DNA from: Synechococcus sp.
GTDB taxonomy: Bacteria; Cyanobacteriota; Cyanobacteriia; PCC-6307; Cyanobiaceae
NCBI GenBank assembly: GCA_047284725.1
Contig: JBJBEO010000001.1
Coordinates: 1,592,203 to 1,656,202 of the forward strand
Length of the DNA: 64,000 nt
Direction: 5' to 3'
The first letter of the stretch is position 1. The number at the start of each line of letters is the position of its first letter. This document shows positions 40,457 to 49,848 of the stretch, piece by piece. Under the pieces are notes generated by a model. It worked only from the letters and a program-made list of their open reading frames with translations, was not told the origin of the DNA and ran no database searches. Both the position numbers and the translations under genes were made by a program.

Positions 40457-41961
40457 CAGAAAAGGCCTCCAGAGATCGACGTGACCGCGAGTTGGCTGAG
40501 GCCTGTGGTGGCCGCTTCACTCAGGCCCACCAGCAAGTGGGGGACAAGACCAAGCACGAGGACACCAAGAGACAGGAGGATGGCTGGCATCTGCTGAGCA
40601 AGAGGTACTGGGGAAAGAACCCGTGGCATGGGGTCCTGGCCTGCAGCGATGGCCAGACGACCAAAGAATGCTCGGTTGACCAAAAGCAGGAAATAAACGG
40701 CGGTCAAGCCGGATCCCACCATGCTCATCAGCGTGGACACAGGGAAGGGCCCAAGGCTTCCACGGAAGATGAGGAATTCGGAAATAAATCCAGCCATCCC
40801 TGGAATACCTGCACTGGCCATCACTCCGATAATCATCAGGGTGCCGCTGAGAGGCAGACCTCGCTGCGGATTCAGCAGGCCTCGCAGGATATTGAGATCA
40901 CGGGTGCCGGTGCGGTCATAAACAACGCCAACAACAAGAAAGAGGATGGCCGAGATCAGGCCATGACTCACCATCTGGAACAGAGCACCAATCAAACCAA
41001 GAGGGGTTGCAGCCGCAGCCGCCAGAAGCACGTAGCCCATATGGCCAACGGAGCTGTAGGCAACCATCTTCTTCATGTCCGTTTGGGCGATGGCAGCAAG
41101 GGAGCCATAAAGGACGGAAACTGCGGCCCAACCTGCCATCCATGGCGCTGCCAATTGCCATGCCTCGGGGAAAAGGCCAAGGCAGAAGCGCAGCAAGCCA
41201 TAAGTTCCAAGCTTCAAAAGCACCCCTGCCAACAACACAGACACGGGTGTGGAGGCCTCGGTGTGAGCATCCGGAAGCCAGGTATGGAAGGGGAAGAGAG
41301 GGATCTTGATACCAAAACCGATCAGCAATGCTCCCATCAGCAGCAGTTGGGTCGCGATCGGTAATGCGCCAGGCATCACCGGATTGAGACTGAAGTCGAC
41401 ACTCCCTGACAGGAGAGCTAAGCCGAGGAAGGCAGCGAGGATCAGAATCCCCGAAACGGCAGTGACGATCAGAAACTTAGTGGAGGCGTAGGCCCTGTTG
41501 GCCCCTCCCCAGATGGCAATCAACAACCAGAGAGGGATCAATTCCAGTTCATAGAACAGGAAGAAGAGAAGGAGATTCTGGGCCAGAAAAGCACCGTTGA
41601 CCGCTCCACTGATCACCAGCAGGAGTGCGAAGTAAATCCTGGGGCGATTCTCGATGGTGCGGGAGGCCAGAGCCGCAACCAAGCACAGCACTCCATTCAT
41701 CAGCACCAGAGGCATGGAGAGGCCATCCACTGCCAACGCATAATCCAGACCAATGCTGGGAAGCCAGGCGGCCTGCTCAATCAACTGAAGACCTGAGTCA
41801 GCTGGATTGAAGGGAATCAGCAGAGCTGCACTGGCAACGCATTGAGCCACAAGCACAACTGCTGTCAACGAGCGAAAAAAAGCACTGGTGCGATCACCTG
41901 GAATCAATGTGATCAGGAATGCTCCCAGGAAGGGAATGAGGAGAAGAAGAGAGAGGAGCAT
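40456..41961 (-). CDS. ndhD4: NDH-1 subunit D4 (CO2 uptake)
   Basis: NuoM-family motifs FYELELIP, HTWLPDAH, AYSSVGHMG; between ndhF4 and cupB. Confidence 0.9.
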   Translation of the reverse strand: MLLSLLLLIPFLGAFLITLIPGDRTSAFFRSLTAVVLVAQCVASAALLIPFNPADSGLQLIEQAAWLPSIGLDYALAVDGLSMPLVLMNGVLCLVAALASRTIENRPRIYFALLLVISGAVNGAFLAQNLLLFFLFYELELIPLWLLIAIWGGANRAYASTKFLIVTAVSGILILAAFLGLALLSGSVDFSLNPVMPGALPIATQLLLMGALLIGFGIKIPLFPFHTWLPDAHTEASTPVSVLLAGVLLKLGTYGLLRFCLGLFPEAWQLAAPWMAGWAAVSVLYGSLAAIAQTDMKKMVAYSSVGHMGYVLLAAAAATPLGLIGALFQMVSHGLISAILFLVVGVVYDRTGTRDLNILRGLLNPQRGLPLSGTLMIIGVMASAGIPGMAGFISEFLIFRGSLGPFPVSTLMSMVGSGLTAVYFLLLVNRAFFGRLAIAAGQDPMPRVLSPVPLAQQMPAILLSLGVLVLGLVPHLLVGLSEAATTGLSQLAVTSISGGLF

Positions 41962-41967
41962 CGTTGA

Positions 41968-43812
41968 TCAGCGCAACAGCCAGCTCAGAGAGCTGAGGAA
42001 GAGAAGAATGGCGGCAACCACCGTGAGCACATAGGTCTGGCTACGGCCGCTAATGCTGAGCTTGAGGCTCTCAGCACTGCTGAGGGAGAACCGAGCCATG
42101 CCATGGAGCAAACCATCCACCACAACACGATCAAAGGCGTAGGCGAGCCTTGAGAAACCGGCCACGACGTTGACGATGGTGATGCGGTAGAAGCGCTCGG
42201 TGTAGAAGTCGAAGGCCAGAAGGTCTTGGAGCGATCGCACGAGGGGGTTGAGCGAGCGGGACCAAGCCTTGTTCAAGGGAAGCAGGATTCCAGCAATCAC
42301 GCCGATCAAGCCGCTGCCGACCACAAGCCCCGCCGCCCAGAGAGGGAATGCGAGCAGACCTTCGAGGGATTCGAGTCGGATCAGAAAAATGGGGGTCAGG
42401 ATCACGATGACGGTCATCGCCACCATGGGGAACGCCATCTGCCAGTTCACCTCTGCGGCGCGACGTGTCTTCAGCAAGGGCTGGCCAAGGAACACATGGC
42501 GATAAACACGGGCAAGGTTGAGAGCGGTCAGGGCATTGGTCACCAGGAAGATGGCCACCAATCCTGATGACCGAGCACCAATCAACTCAACCGATTGGGC
42601 AAGACAGAGGAAGCCTCCCAGGGGCAGCAAACCAACCAGACCAGCTCCGCCCACCAGAAAAGCGGTGGTGGTGGCTGGCATACGTCCACCGAGACCACCA
42701 AGCTCGGTGATGTCCTGACAGTTGGTCGCGGCGATCACACCACCAACGCTCATGGACAGCAAGGCTTTCGAGACGGCATGGGAAAAGAGGATCAAGAGGG
42801 CCAGAACAGGCACCTGGAGGGCAATCGCAATGAAGACCAGGCCCAGATAGGCGGTGGTGGAATACGAAAGGGTCCGCTTGATGTCGACCTGAGCAATTGA
42901 GACAAGAGAGCCACCAATGGCACTGATGGCACCCACCACCTGCAGAACGACCAGGGTGACGGGGGCGTGTTGCAGCAGTGGCATCACCTTGAGGAGCACG
43001 ATGGCCCCGCAGGTCACCACCACGGAATTGCGAAGAATCGAGGCTGGATTCGGTCCCTCCATGGCTTCGTCAAGCCAAAGGTGCATCGGGAACTGGGCGC
43101 ACTTGCCCATGGGTCCGGCAATGAGGCCTAGACCGATCAGGGTTGTCGCCAGAGAAGAAAGATTGTCTTCAGCGGCCCACGCGTAAAGATCATCGAAACC
43201 CATGACCCCTGCGTAGGCAGCGAGGGAGACAACACCCATCAAGAGCAACACATCACCAACGCGCTTGGTGAGGAAGGCATCCCTAGCGGCGGTGATCACC
43301 AGAGGCTGGGCATACCAGAAACCAACCAGAAGGTAGGTCGAGAGGGTGAGCATCTCCAGGAGGAAATAGCTCTGGAACAGGGTGTCGCTGAGGACCACAC
43401 CTGACATCGCGCCCTCAAAAAAGCCGAGTAAGGCAAAGAAGCGGGCCAGAGCCCACTCCTTGTCCATGTAACCCAGCGAATAAATCTGAGACACAAGGCT
43501 CAGACCGGTAATCAATTCAAGAGCCGCCACATTGGTGAGCGACAGGCTGAAGCTGATGTCGAGCTTCAGGTCCGCAACGCTGAGCCAGGGGTAATGGAGC
43601 GTGGCAGGGCCAAGCGTGATCACGTCCTGCAACACGAAACTTCCGTGAACGAAAGCCAAGAACGTGAGGAGGATGTTCAGGTAAGCCGCAGGACGGTGCG
43701 CATCACGGCGGAACCAGCCAGCAGCCCAGGGAAGAGCCAACACCATCCCGGTGAACCCATAGAGAGGGATTAACCAGGACGTCTGTTCAGCGAAGGTCAG
43801 ATCCGAAATCAA
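41968..43812 (-). CDS. ndhF4: NDH-1 subunit F4 (CO2 uptake)
   Basis: AARDAFLTKRVGD, KCAQFPMHLWLDEAMEGPNPAS; likely TTG start 43812. Confidence 0.9.
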   Translation of the reverse strand: MISDLTFAEQTSWLIPLYGFTGMVLALPWAAGWFRRDAHRPAAYLNILLTFLAFVHGSFVLQDVITLGPATLHYPWLSVADLKLDISFSLSLTNVAALELITGLSLVSQIYSLGYMDKEWALARFFALLGFFEGAMSGVVLSDTLFQSYFLLEMLTLSTYLLVGFWYAQPLVITAARDAFLTKRVGDVLLLMGVVSLAAYAGVMGFDDLYAWAAEDNLSSLATTLIGLGLIAGPMGKCAQFPMHLWLDEAMEGPNPASILRNSVVVTCGAIVLLKVMPLLQHAPVTLVVLQVVGAISAIGGSLVSIAQVDIKRTLSYSTTAYLGLVFIAIALQVPVLALLILFSHAVSKALLSMSVGGVIAATNCQDITELGGLGGRMPATTTAFLVGGAGLVGLLPLGGFLCLAQSVELIGARSSGLVAIFLVTNALTALNLARVYRHVFLGQPLLKTRRAAEVNWQMAFPMVAMTVIVILTPIFLIRLESLEGLLAFPLWAAGLVVGSGLIGVIAGILLPLNKAWSRSLNPLVRSLQDLLAFDFYTERFYRITIVNVVAGFSRLAYAFDRVVVDGLLHGMARFSLSSAESLKLSISGRSQTYVLTVVAAILLFLSSLSWLLR

Positions 43813-43924
43813 GAGGAGGTGACGAGAACAGTTGCGGGAGCACCGCATTGGCTGCGGAATCTAAACCGAGGGCCCTCGAAATGACTTGGTTTCTCCAGGA
43901 TCACGCGAGGGCTGTAAAGGGACT

Positions 43925-44497
43925 TCAGAGTCGGCGGGTCGCACCTGATGCAACCAGAGCAGGCTCCACCTCCTGGTGAGGGCGGGCAATGATGTGGGCA
44001 GCCACAAGGCCATCACCGACACGCTCACAGGCATCAGCACCAGCTCTCACGGCAGCGTTCACGGCGCCGGTTTCTCCGCGCACCATGACGGTGACGTAGC
44101 CACCCCCGACAAATTCGCGGCTGACGAGGCTGACTTCAGCAGCCTTGGTCATGGCATCGGCCGCCTCAATCGCAGGCACCACACCGCGGGTCTCGATCAT
44201 GCCCAGGGCGATGCCTTGCACAGAGCGCTCAGGGCTCCCTGACGAAGCGCGCGTCACAACAGATCCACCACCGCTGTTGGAGGATCCGGACTTGGCTGCA
44301 GACCCTGATGCGCGAGCGGGTGTGCGCCTGGAAGCACTGGTTGCCGCACTGCGGGAGGCCGTCGTTGACGTGGAGCTCGACGACGTCGTTGCAGCAGCTG
44401 CAACAGGTTTGACATCCACGGTTGCCTTCGCGGCGGGTTGAGCCGCAGAGGGTTTGGAGGAAGCGCTGGAACGACGACGGGGAGTGGGGGTGGCCAT
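43925..44497 (-). CDS. csoS1E: BMC-H shell protein with long low-complexity N-terminal extension
   Basis: About 90-aa S/A/T/R-rich arm, then GIALGMIETRG...HIIARPH BMC domain. Confidence 0.88.
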   Translation of the reverse strand: MATPTPRRRSSASSKPSAAQPAAKATVDVKPVAAAATTSSSSTSTTASRSAATSASRRTPARASGSAAKSGSSNSGGGSVVTRASSGSPERSVQGIALGMIETRGVVPAIEAADAMTKAAEVSLVSREFVGGGYVTVMVRGETGAVNAAVRAGADACERVGDGLVAAHIIARPHQEVEPALVASGATRRL

Positions 44498-44540
44498 GAC
44501 GGAGGAAGGAATACAGGACGGAAAGGGAACGGAGCGCTAG

Positions 44541-44792
44541 CTATCCATCCGGTGTCCAGTTGTCGATGATCCCGCCAATGGTGAGATCGGTGAGGACGGT
44601 GTTGTCGGGGCAGGCATGACGGGCAGCCGAACCGCTGGCCGTGAACACCCAGTTGCCCTCACGGGCCCCGACGGGATCAACTCCAACAAGGGTTTTGCCC
44701 TTGTTGTTCTTGAGAAGACGCAGGTGCATGTGATCCAATCCGGCGACACGGAACGTGCACACGAGCGTTCCTGTCACCTGCATGATCTCCAT
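44541..44792 (-). CDS. csoS4B: Carboxysome pentamer B
   Basis: MEIMQV...DPVGAREGNWVFTASGSAAR...TDLTIGGIID. Confidence 0.93.
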   Translation of the reverse strand: MEIMQVTGTLVCTFRVAGLDHMHLRLLKNNKGKTLVGVDPVGAREGNWVFTASGSAARHACPDNTVLTDLTIGGIIDNWTPDG

Positions 44793-45124
44793 CAGCCGGC
44801 AGTCCCCTTGGGAGCAGAAGATGCCGCACCGGAAGACTTCGGAGCAGGCGATGGAGCAGCACTTGAAGAAGATTTCGGAGGGTCGGGCTCCCAATGATCG
44901 ATGATGCCAACGATGGTGAGATCACTGGGATAAGACTTGCTCCCAGCCGCCTCACGGGCGGCAGAGCTGCTCACACAGATGACCCAGTCACCCGGCTTGG
45001 CACCGACCGCATCGACAGCCACTTTCTTGGTGCTGCCATCAAGCACCACCTGAAGATGCTTGTGTTCGAAATCAGGAATCCGGTTCGTCGAGACCAGAGG
45101 CTTGATGACCTTGACAATCAACAT
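44792..45124 (-). CDS. csoS4A: Carboxysome pentamer A
   Basis: LVSTNRIP.FEH..LQVV..VAVDAVG.KPGDWV..SSAAR...PSDLTIVGIID. Confidence 0.93.
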   Translation of the reverse strand: MLIVKVIKPLVSTNRIPDFEHKHLQVVLDGSTKKVAVDAVGAKPGDWVICVSSSAAREAAGSKSYPSDLTIVGIIDHWEPDPPKSSSSAAPSPAPKSSGAASSAPKGTAG

Positions 45125-45126
45125 GA

Positions 45127-46917
45127 TCAGTGAGCCTCCTGCTGAACAGGTTCGAGGGTGGACCCTACCGCTTCGGCAGGAATGGGCTGATCACGGTCTC
45201 GAACCGTGAGTAACAGATGCAAAAGACCTTCGCGGACGAGGTCTTGGTAGCGCGTGGTGATGGCGTCCTGAACACGGCGGCAGTCGGAGATGGCGCGATC
45301 GCGAGCACCAGGGACTTTGCCGGAGTAATCGAAACGAACAACCACTGGAATCGGCAGATCCCGTGAGACGTTCAGCCCCTTGAAGATCTTCACGCCGACG
45401 TCGAGATCGGGAGCGCCTTCTTCGACCGTGTCGAGATGGGCGAAATAGGTGAGGTTGCGCAAATGCACTTCCTTGAACCCGATACCGACGCCGATGAAAC
45501 GCTCAGCATGGCCCGCATCGGGGTAAGGACCATGGTGCAGAGACCGCACATAATCCTGCTGAGAGATGTTGTTGATCAACAACTGGCTGATGAACCGCAC
45601 CATCCCGGGATCCGGTGCCTGGGGGCAATGGGTTTGAACAGCGGCCGTGACAGCCTCGGATGCCTGGTCCGCCGTCAGGGGAGCTGTGCTCTCGTAAAGC
45701 GATTGGGCAGACAGCCAGCGATCGAGCTGAATCTCACCATCACGGCTCGGCACGTGCACGCGGATCGCATCGGTATCGGTGTCGAGGCCGATCAGAAGAA
45801 GATCCACCGACGCGCCACAGCAGAAGCTGTTTTCGACAGCCTCACGAAAGTCGTGGAGTCTCTGGAGACCAGCACTGGCTGCGAGAGCGTCATTGCTGCC
45901 ATGGGCAGCACAACCTTGATGGTGGGGATCAAGGGAGCTGAAGTGATAGGTGACCGTTTTCAGATATCGGGTTGGTGCATGGGCTTCGTTAGGAAGACTC
46001 TCGCGGTACCGCCGGTGTTCGGTCTTGACCCAACGGTTGACGGTGTTTTCAACATCAAACAGAGCCCCTGCGTGGGAGCGGCGCCGCACTGCACTGAAGG
46101 GAATGCGTAGGGCATAGGCAATCGAATGAGCCAGCCGGCCATCAGCACAAGGCGTCACGTCGAGCAGATGAAACCCGCACTCCAGGAGGAACGCATTGAA
46201 GGCGTCAGCAGGTGCACTTCCGGCGGAACCTCCAAGGGGATCATCCAGGAAGAACCTCTCACTGAAGGCCTGATGCGACTGAAACACACACCAGGCAAAC
46301 AGGGCACGCATGTCCAGTGGACGCACCCAGGATTTTTCAAGAATGTGGTCGGGTAGATCAAAGCCCAACTCAGCCCGGGCGAGTCGTTGTGCCTGATCAA
46401 GGAAGTCGGCGTCGTGCTGCAGTGCAGACACTTTCTGCAAAAGCGGAATGATCCGCTCAAACCGGCCCTTCACCTCCAGCTCATAGGCCTGAAGTCGGGC
46501 GTTGTCCTCAAGGTTGGTGAGGGGATGGGTGCCGAGAACACCACGCTGAGAAGCAGTGGCAGAGCGAAAACGAGCCCTGGGTGAACACGAGGGCTCCGAC
46601 TTGCCGGTGTCTTTCTTACGCCGAACCCAGTTGGGTTGCTGCGTAACGGGACGTCGCGTGTCCCGACCCGTACGGGTCCGACCACCGCTCACGGTTCCAG
46701 CATTGAGAACTGCGGCTTTGCCGGAGGTCGTCAGCGCTTTACGCCGCTCAAGAGCAGCACTTCGGGTGGAGGTGATGGCTGGCTCGGTTAAAGCCTGATC
46801 GGATGAAGACGAGGCTTTGGTTAAGACAGCAGTGGTGCTGACTTGTTGAAGCTGTCGACGAGTGGGAGCTGTAGGGGCCATGGGGCGCCCGCTCCGAGAC
46901 GATTGAGGGCGCACCAT
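45127..46917 (-). CDS. csoSCA: Carboxysomal carbonic anhydrase
   Basis: HPLT, PCADGRL, HQGCAAHGS, GHAERFIG. Confidence 0.95.
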   Translation of the reverse strand: MVRPQSSRSGRPMAPTAPTRRQLQQVSTTAVLTKASSSSDQALTEPAITSTRSAALERRKALTTSGKAAVLNAGTVSGGRTRTGRDTRRPVTQQPNWVRRKKDTGKSEPSCSPRARFRSATASQRGVLGTHPLTNLEDNARLQAYELEVKGRFERIIPLLQKVSALQHDADFLDQAQRLARAELGFDLPDHILEKSWVRPLDMRALFAWCVFQSHQAFSERFFLDDPLGGSAGSAPADAFNAFLLECGFHLLDVTPCADGRLAHSIAYALRIPFSAVRRRSHAGALFDVENTVNRWVKTEHRRYRESLPNEAHAPTRYLKTVTYHFSSLDPHHQGCAAHGSNDALAASAGLQRLHDFREAVENSFCCGASVDLLLIGLDTDTDAIRVHVPSRDGEIQLDRWLSAQSLYESTAPLTADQASEAVTAAVQTHCPQAPDPGMVRFISQLLINNISQQDYVRSLHHGPYPDAGHAERFIGVGIGFKEVHLRNLTYFAHLDTVEEGAPDLDVGVKIFKGLNVSRDLPIPVVVRFDYSGKVPGARDRAISDCRRVQDAITTRYQDLVREGLLHLLLTVRDRDQPIPAEAVGSTLEPVQQEAH

Positions 46918-46924
46918 CCCTCGA

Positions 46925-49300
46925 TCAGCCCCGTGCGCCGCCGGAGACGGTGATCAGGGAACCCTTATCCGTGTTGCCGCTGGAACCGGTCACACGGCTG
47001 ACGGGCCATTCAGTCTCTTCGTTGCGCTTGCGCTCAAAAGGAGACATGGCGCTCATCGGACCGGGACGGCTGGGGTTACGGCGACGGGCAGATGCGCCCT
47101 CGGTGCCGGTGACATGCTCACCACGATCCCAATCGTCACCGGTGATCTTGCTGGAAGACCCTTCGCCGGTGACCCGGGAGGCTGGCTTGGCGGGGGGCTC
47201 GCTGACGACGGCAACGGTCGGCTGGAACTGACGCTGCTGCTGACGGTTCTGGAATTCGCGGTTATCGAAGCGGAATTGCTCGGTACCGGTCACCTTGCCG
47301 CCAGCCATGTCAAAAGGGCCGGTAATCCGATTCCCTTGTTCATAAGACGTACCCGTCACGCCGGAGCGAGCATCACGCTGCTGCTGAGCAGCACGGGCGG
47401 GAGACACCACGCTGAAGCGGGTCCAGGCAGCTCCATCGGGAGCTTCACCGTGGGTCTCGGTTCCAGCAGGAGCATCACTGCCGCAGGCAGCGGCCAGTTG
47501 ATCGGCTCCCACGTAAGGAGTGCCGGTCACCGCTTCACAAGCACCGCGCTCATCACCGGTCATCACACCACCAACGCCAGGCTGGATACCGGTCATGGCA
47601 GCGGAAGGGGTGCCCAGACGGACAGGGGTACGCTCGCGGATGGCTTGCACAGCGGGCGTCCCGCAGTGCTGGCCAGCTTGCTCGAGGCCGGCATAGGGGG
47701 TGCCGGTGACGGCCTGGCAGCTTCCGGGCTCATCGCCGGTGACGCGCTCGGAGCGACCGGTGCGGGTACCGCTCACCACCTGATTGCGATTGGTGATGCT
47801 GAAACCGACCTTGGCGGCTTCGGGCTCAGGCCTGCTGCCACAGAAGGCATTGACCTGCTCGGCACTGACGTATTGATCACCGGTGACGCGGTGGCAAGAG
47901 CCGAACTCATCGCCGGTGACAGCAGAGGAGCGACCCACCATGGTGCCGGTGACGCCAGTACCAGACAGAGTTGCCGAAACGCCAACCTTGGCGGCAGGGC
48001 GACCTTCGGGAAGGGGATCAGAGCCGAGGTACTGGTCGCCGGTCAGGCTGCGACCCGCACCGGCTTCATCACCGGTGACGCTGGAGGAACGGCCCACCAT
48101 CACGCCGCTGACGGGGCGGCCCTCGAGGGTGAGGCTATGGCCCACCTTGCGAGGTGAAGGGTTGGAGCCGCCGCAATAAGCAGCAGATTGGTTGGCAGAG
48201 ATGTATTCGGTGCCGGTCACGGCCTTGCAGGTGCCAGGCTCATCGCCGGTGACCTTGCTGGAACGACCCACTTCGTTGCCCGTCACCCTGTTGCCATGGG
48301 TGGTGGCAGTGACGCGAACCTTGGCAGGCGTGGTTGGTTCTGGAGCGGTCTGGCAGAAGGTCTGGAAGACCTCAGCACCGAGATACTCGGTGCCGGTGAT
48401 CGAGCGGCAGGTGCTGGCCTCATTGCCGGTTGTTTTCACCGAGCGGTTGGCCTGGGTACCGGTGACGGTCTGACCACCGGTGGTGGTGCTTTCACCGACC
48501 TTCCAATGGGCATCAGCGGCAGCAGCTTGCTTGGCGCCATGACGGTTAGGGCCGGTCGGGCGGGTCACACCAGCGCTTTGCTTGTTGCGGGCACCTGCCT
48601 TGGTGCGCAGCTCACGCACCTGTTGAGCGAGCTCACGGCTGGTGAGATCAGGGTTGGCCTGACGAGCAACGGCTGCTGCGCTCGTGGGCTGCTTGCCAGC
48701 GGTTTTGCCATGCTTCGCCATGGCTTCACGACGGGCCAACACCAGTGCTCGACTGGGGTTTTCGATGGCACGACGCTTCGGGGAGGATGTACGTCGCTCC
48801 GCAGCAGCACGGCGATCACCGGAGCGATTGCTCAGCTCAACAGTGACTGCAGGACGTGCTGATTTTTCAGCAGCACGGGCTCCGCCACAACCGCACTCTT
48901 TCTTGGCCGGTTCAGCAGCGGCAGCGGGCTTGGTCGTGCGGGCGACATCAGAGCGGTTGCGATCCCGACTGGTGTCGGCAGTTTTGCCGCGGCGGGACAG
49001 GGCTTCACGGCGAGCCAGTACCAGTTCGCGGCTGGGCTGACGGACGGCCTTCACCTGGGAGGAGTGGGAAGACGAGGTACGCGGGGCGCCGGCGCTCAGA
49101 CCGGAGGAACGGGTCGGAGCAGCGGGAGTAGCCGCTACAGGAGCCGAAGCCTCAGCAGCGTTGGTGCGGGTCTTACGTGCATCTGTAGCGGTACGCACAC
49201 GATTGGCCTGGTCACCGGCAGCAACCGATGCTTTCTTACCGGCCGTAGTCAACGCCTTGCGGCGCTCAAGTGCGAGTTCGCGACTGGAGAGTCTTGCCAT
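46925..49300 (-). CDS. csoS2: Carboxysome assembly scaffold CsoS2
   Basis: Four N-terminal SR.L...RR.A peptides, multiple (V/I)TG middle repeats, C-terminal ITVSGGARG. Confidence 0.96.
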   Translation of the reverse strand: MARLSSRELALERRKALTTAGKKASVAAGDQANRVRTATDARKTRTNAAEASAPVAATPAAPTRSSGLSAGAPRTSSSHSSQVKAVRQPSRELVLARREALSRRGKTADTSRDRNRSDVARTTKPAAAAEPAKKECGCGGARAAEKSARPAVTVELSNRSGDRRAAAERRTSSPKRRAIENPSRALVLARREAMAKHGKTAGKQPTSAAAVARQANPDLTSRELAQQVRELRTKAGARNKQSAGVTRPTGPNRHGAKQAAAADAHWKVGESTTTGGQTVTGTQANRSVKTTGNEASTCRSITGTEYLGAEVFQTFCQTAPEPTTPAKVRVTATTHGNRVTGNEVGRSSKVTGDEPGTCKAVTGTEYISANQSAAYCGGSNPSPRKVGHSLTLEGRPVSGVMVGRSSSVTGDEAGAGRSLTGDQYLGSDPLPEGRPAAKVGVSATLSGTGVTGTMVGRSSAVTGDEFGSCHRVTGDQYVSAEQVNAFCGSRPEPEAAKVGFSITNRNQVVSGTRTGRSERVTGDEPGSCQAVTGTPYAGLEQAGQHCGTPAVQAIRERTPVRLGTPSAAMTGIQPGVGGVMTGDERGACEAVTGTPYVGADQLAAACGSDAPAGTETHGEAPDGAAWTRFSVVSPARAAQQQRDARSGVTGTSYEQGNRITGPFDMAGGKVTGTEQFRFDNREFQNRQQQRQFQPTVAVVSEPPAKPASRVTGEGSSSKITGDDWDRGEHVTGTEGASARRRNPSRPGPMSAMSPFERKRNEETEWPVSRVTGSSGNTDKGSLITVSGGARG

Positions 49301-49327
49301 GTCCGCCCGAGGATGTCGTCGTGAATG

Positions 49328-49380
49328 GAAGGGATGAATCCCTTCGGGAAAAAGTTGAGCCCTGATGAAGGTCAGGGCTC
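49328..49380 (-). terminator. Double hairpin between cbbS and csoS2
   Basis: GAGCCCTGA/TCAGGGCTC stem (49357-49380) followed on the minus strand by AACTTTTT; second stem GAAGGGA/TCCCTTC near 49328-49345. Confidence 0.65.
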
Positions 49381-49400
49381 GGAACCGTTAGGTCGAGGGA

Positions 49401-49742
49401 TCAGCGACCCTCGAAGACCACGAAGCAGGCACCCTGGCTTTGGGTGTAGGCGTCGTAACCGACGATGCGCACGTGGTGGTCGGGGTAAGCGCGATGGCAA
49501 GCCTCGAGCTCACTGACCACAACGTTGAGGTCCTTCTCACCGAAGAAGGGGAGCTTCCAATAGGACCAGTAGGTGGCCATGGAGTTGCTGGGGTGGACGT
49601 GCTCAACGAGCGGGCTCCAGCCCTGGGCAATGATGTACGCGATCTGGTCGTAGATCTCGTCCTGGGTCATCGGCGGGAGGAAGCCGAAGGTCTCCAGGGT
49701 GGCGACTGTTTGATAGTCACCCACGGTGCTCTGGAAAGGCAT
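49401..49742 (-). CDS. cbbS: Rubisco small subunit (Form IA)
   Basis: LETFGFLPPM, YWSYWKLPFF, GYDAYTQSQG. Confidence 0.97.
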   Translation of the reverse strand: MPFQSTVGDYQTVATLETFGFLPPMTQDEIYDQIAYIIAQGWSPLVEHVHPSNSMATYWSYWKLPFFGEKDLNVVVSELEACHRAYPDHHVRIVGYDAYTQSQGACFVVFEGR

Positions 49743-49848
49743 GGGGATCCTGGTTTACGTAAGTGTGTTGGCCGGAACTGTTGTTATGCGGCCGGAGTCG
49801 TGACGAAGAACGGGTGGAGAGTGCCAGTGATGGCACCCTCCGAACCGA

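Noticed and set aside
47300..48500. Repetitive DNA (ACCGGTGAC-like units) that might be CRISPR or a tandem array
   Set aside because: These encode the VTG repeats of CsoS2; no constant repeat-spacer pattern and no cas genes.
46925..49300. Programmed -1 frameshift giving a short CsoS2A
   Set aside because: I saw no CCCAAAG-type slippery site at the KV positions of the middle repeats (they read GCC AAG or CGC AAG); checked by eye only.
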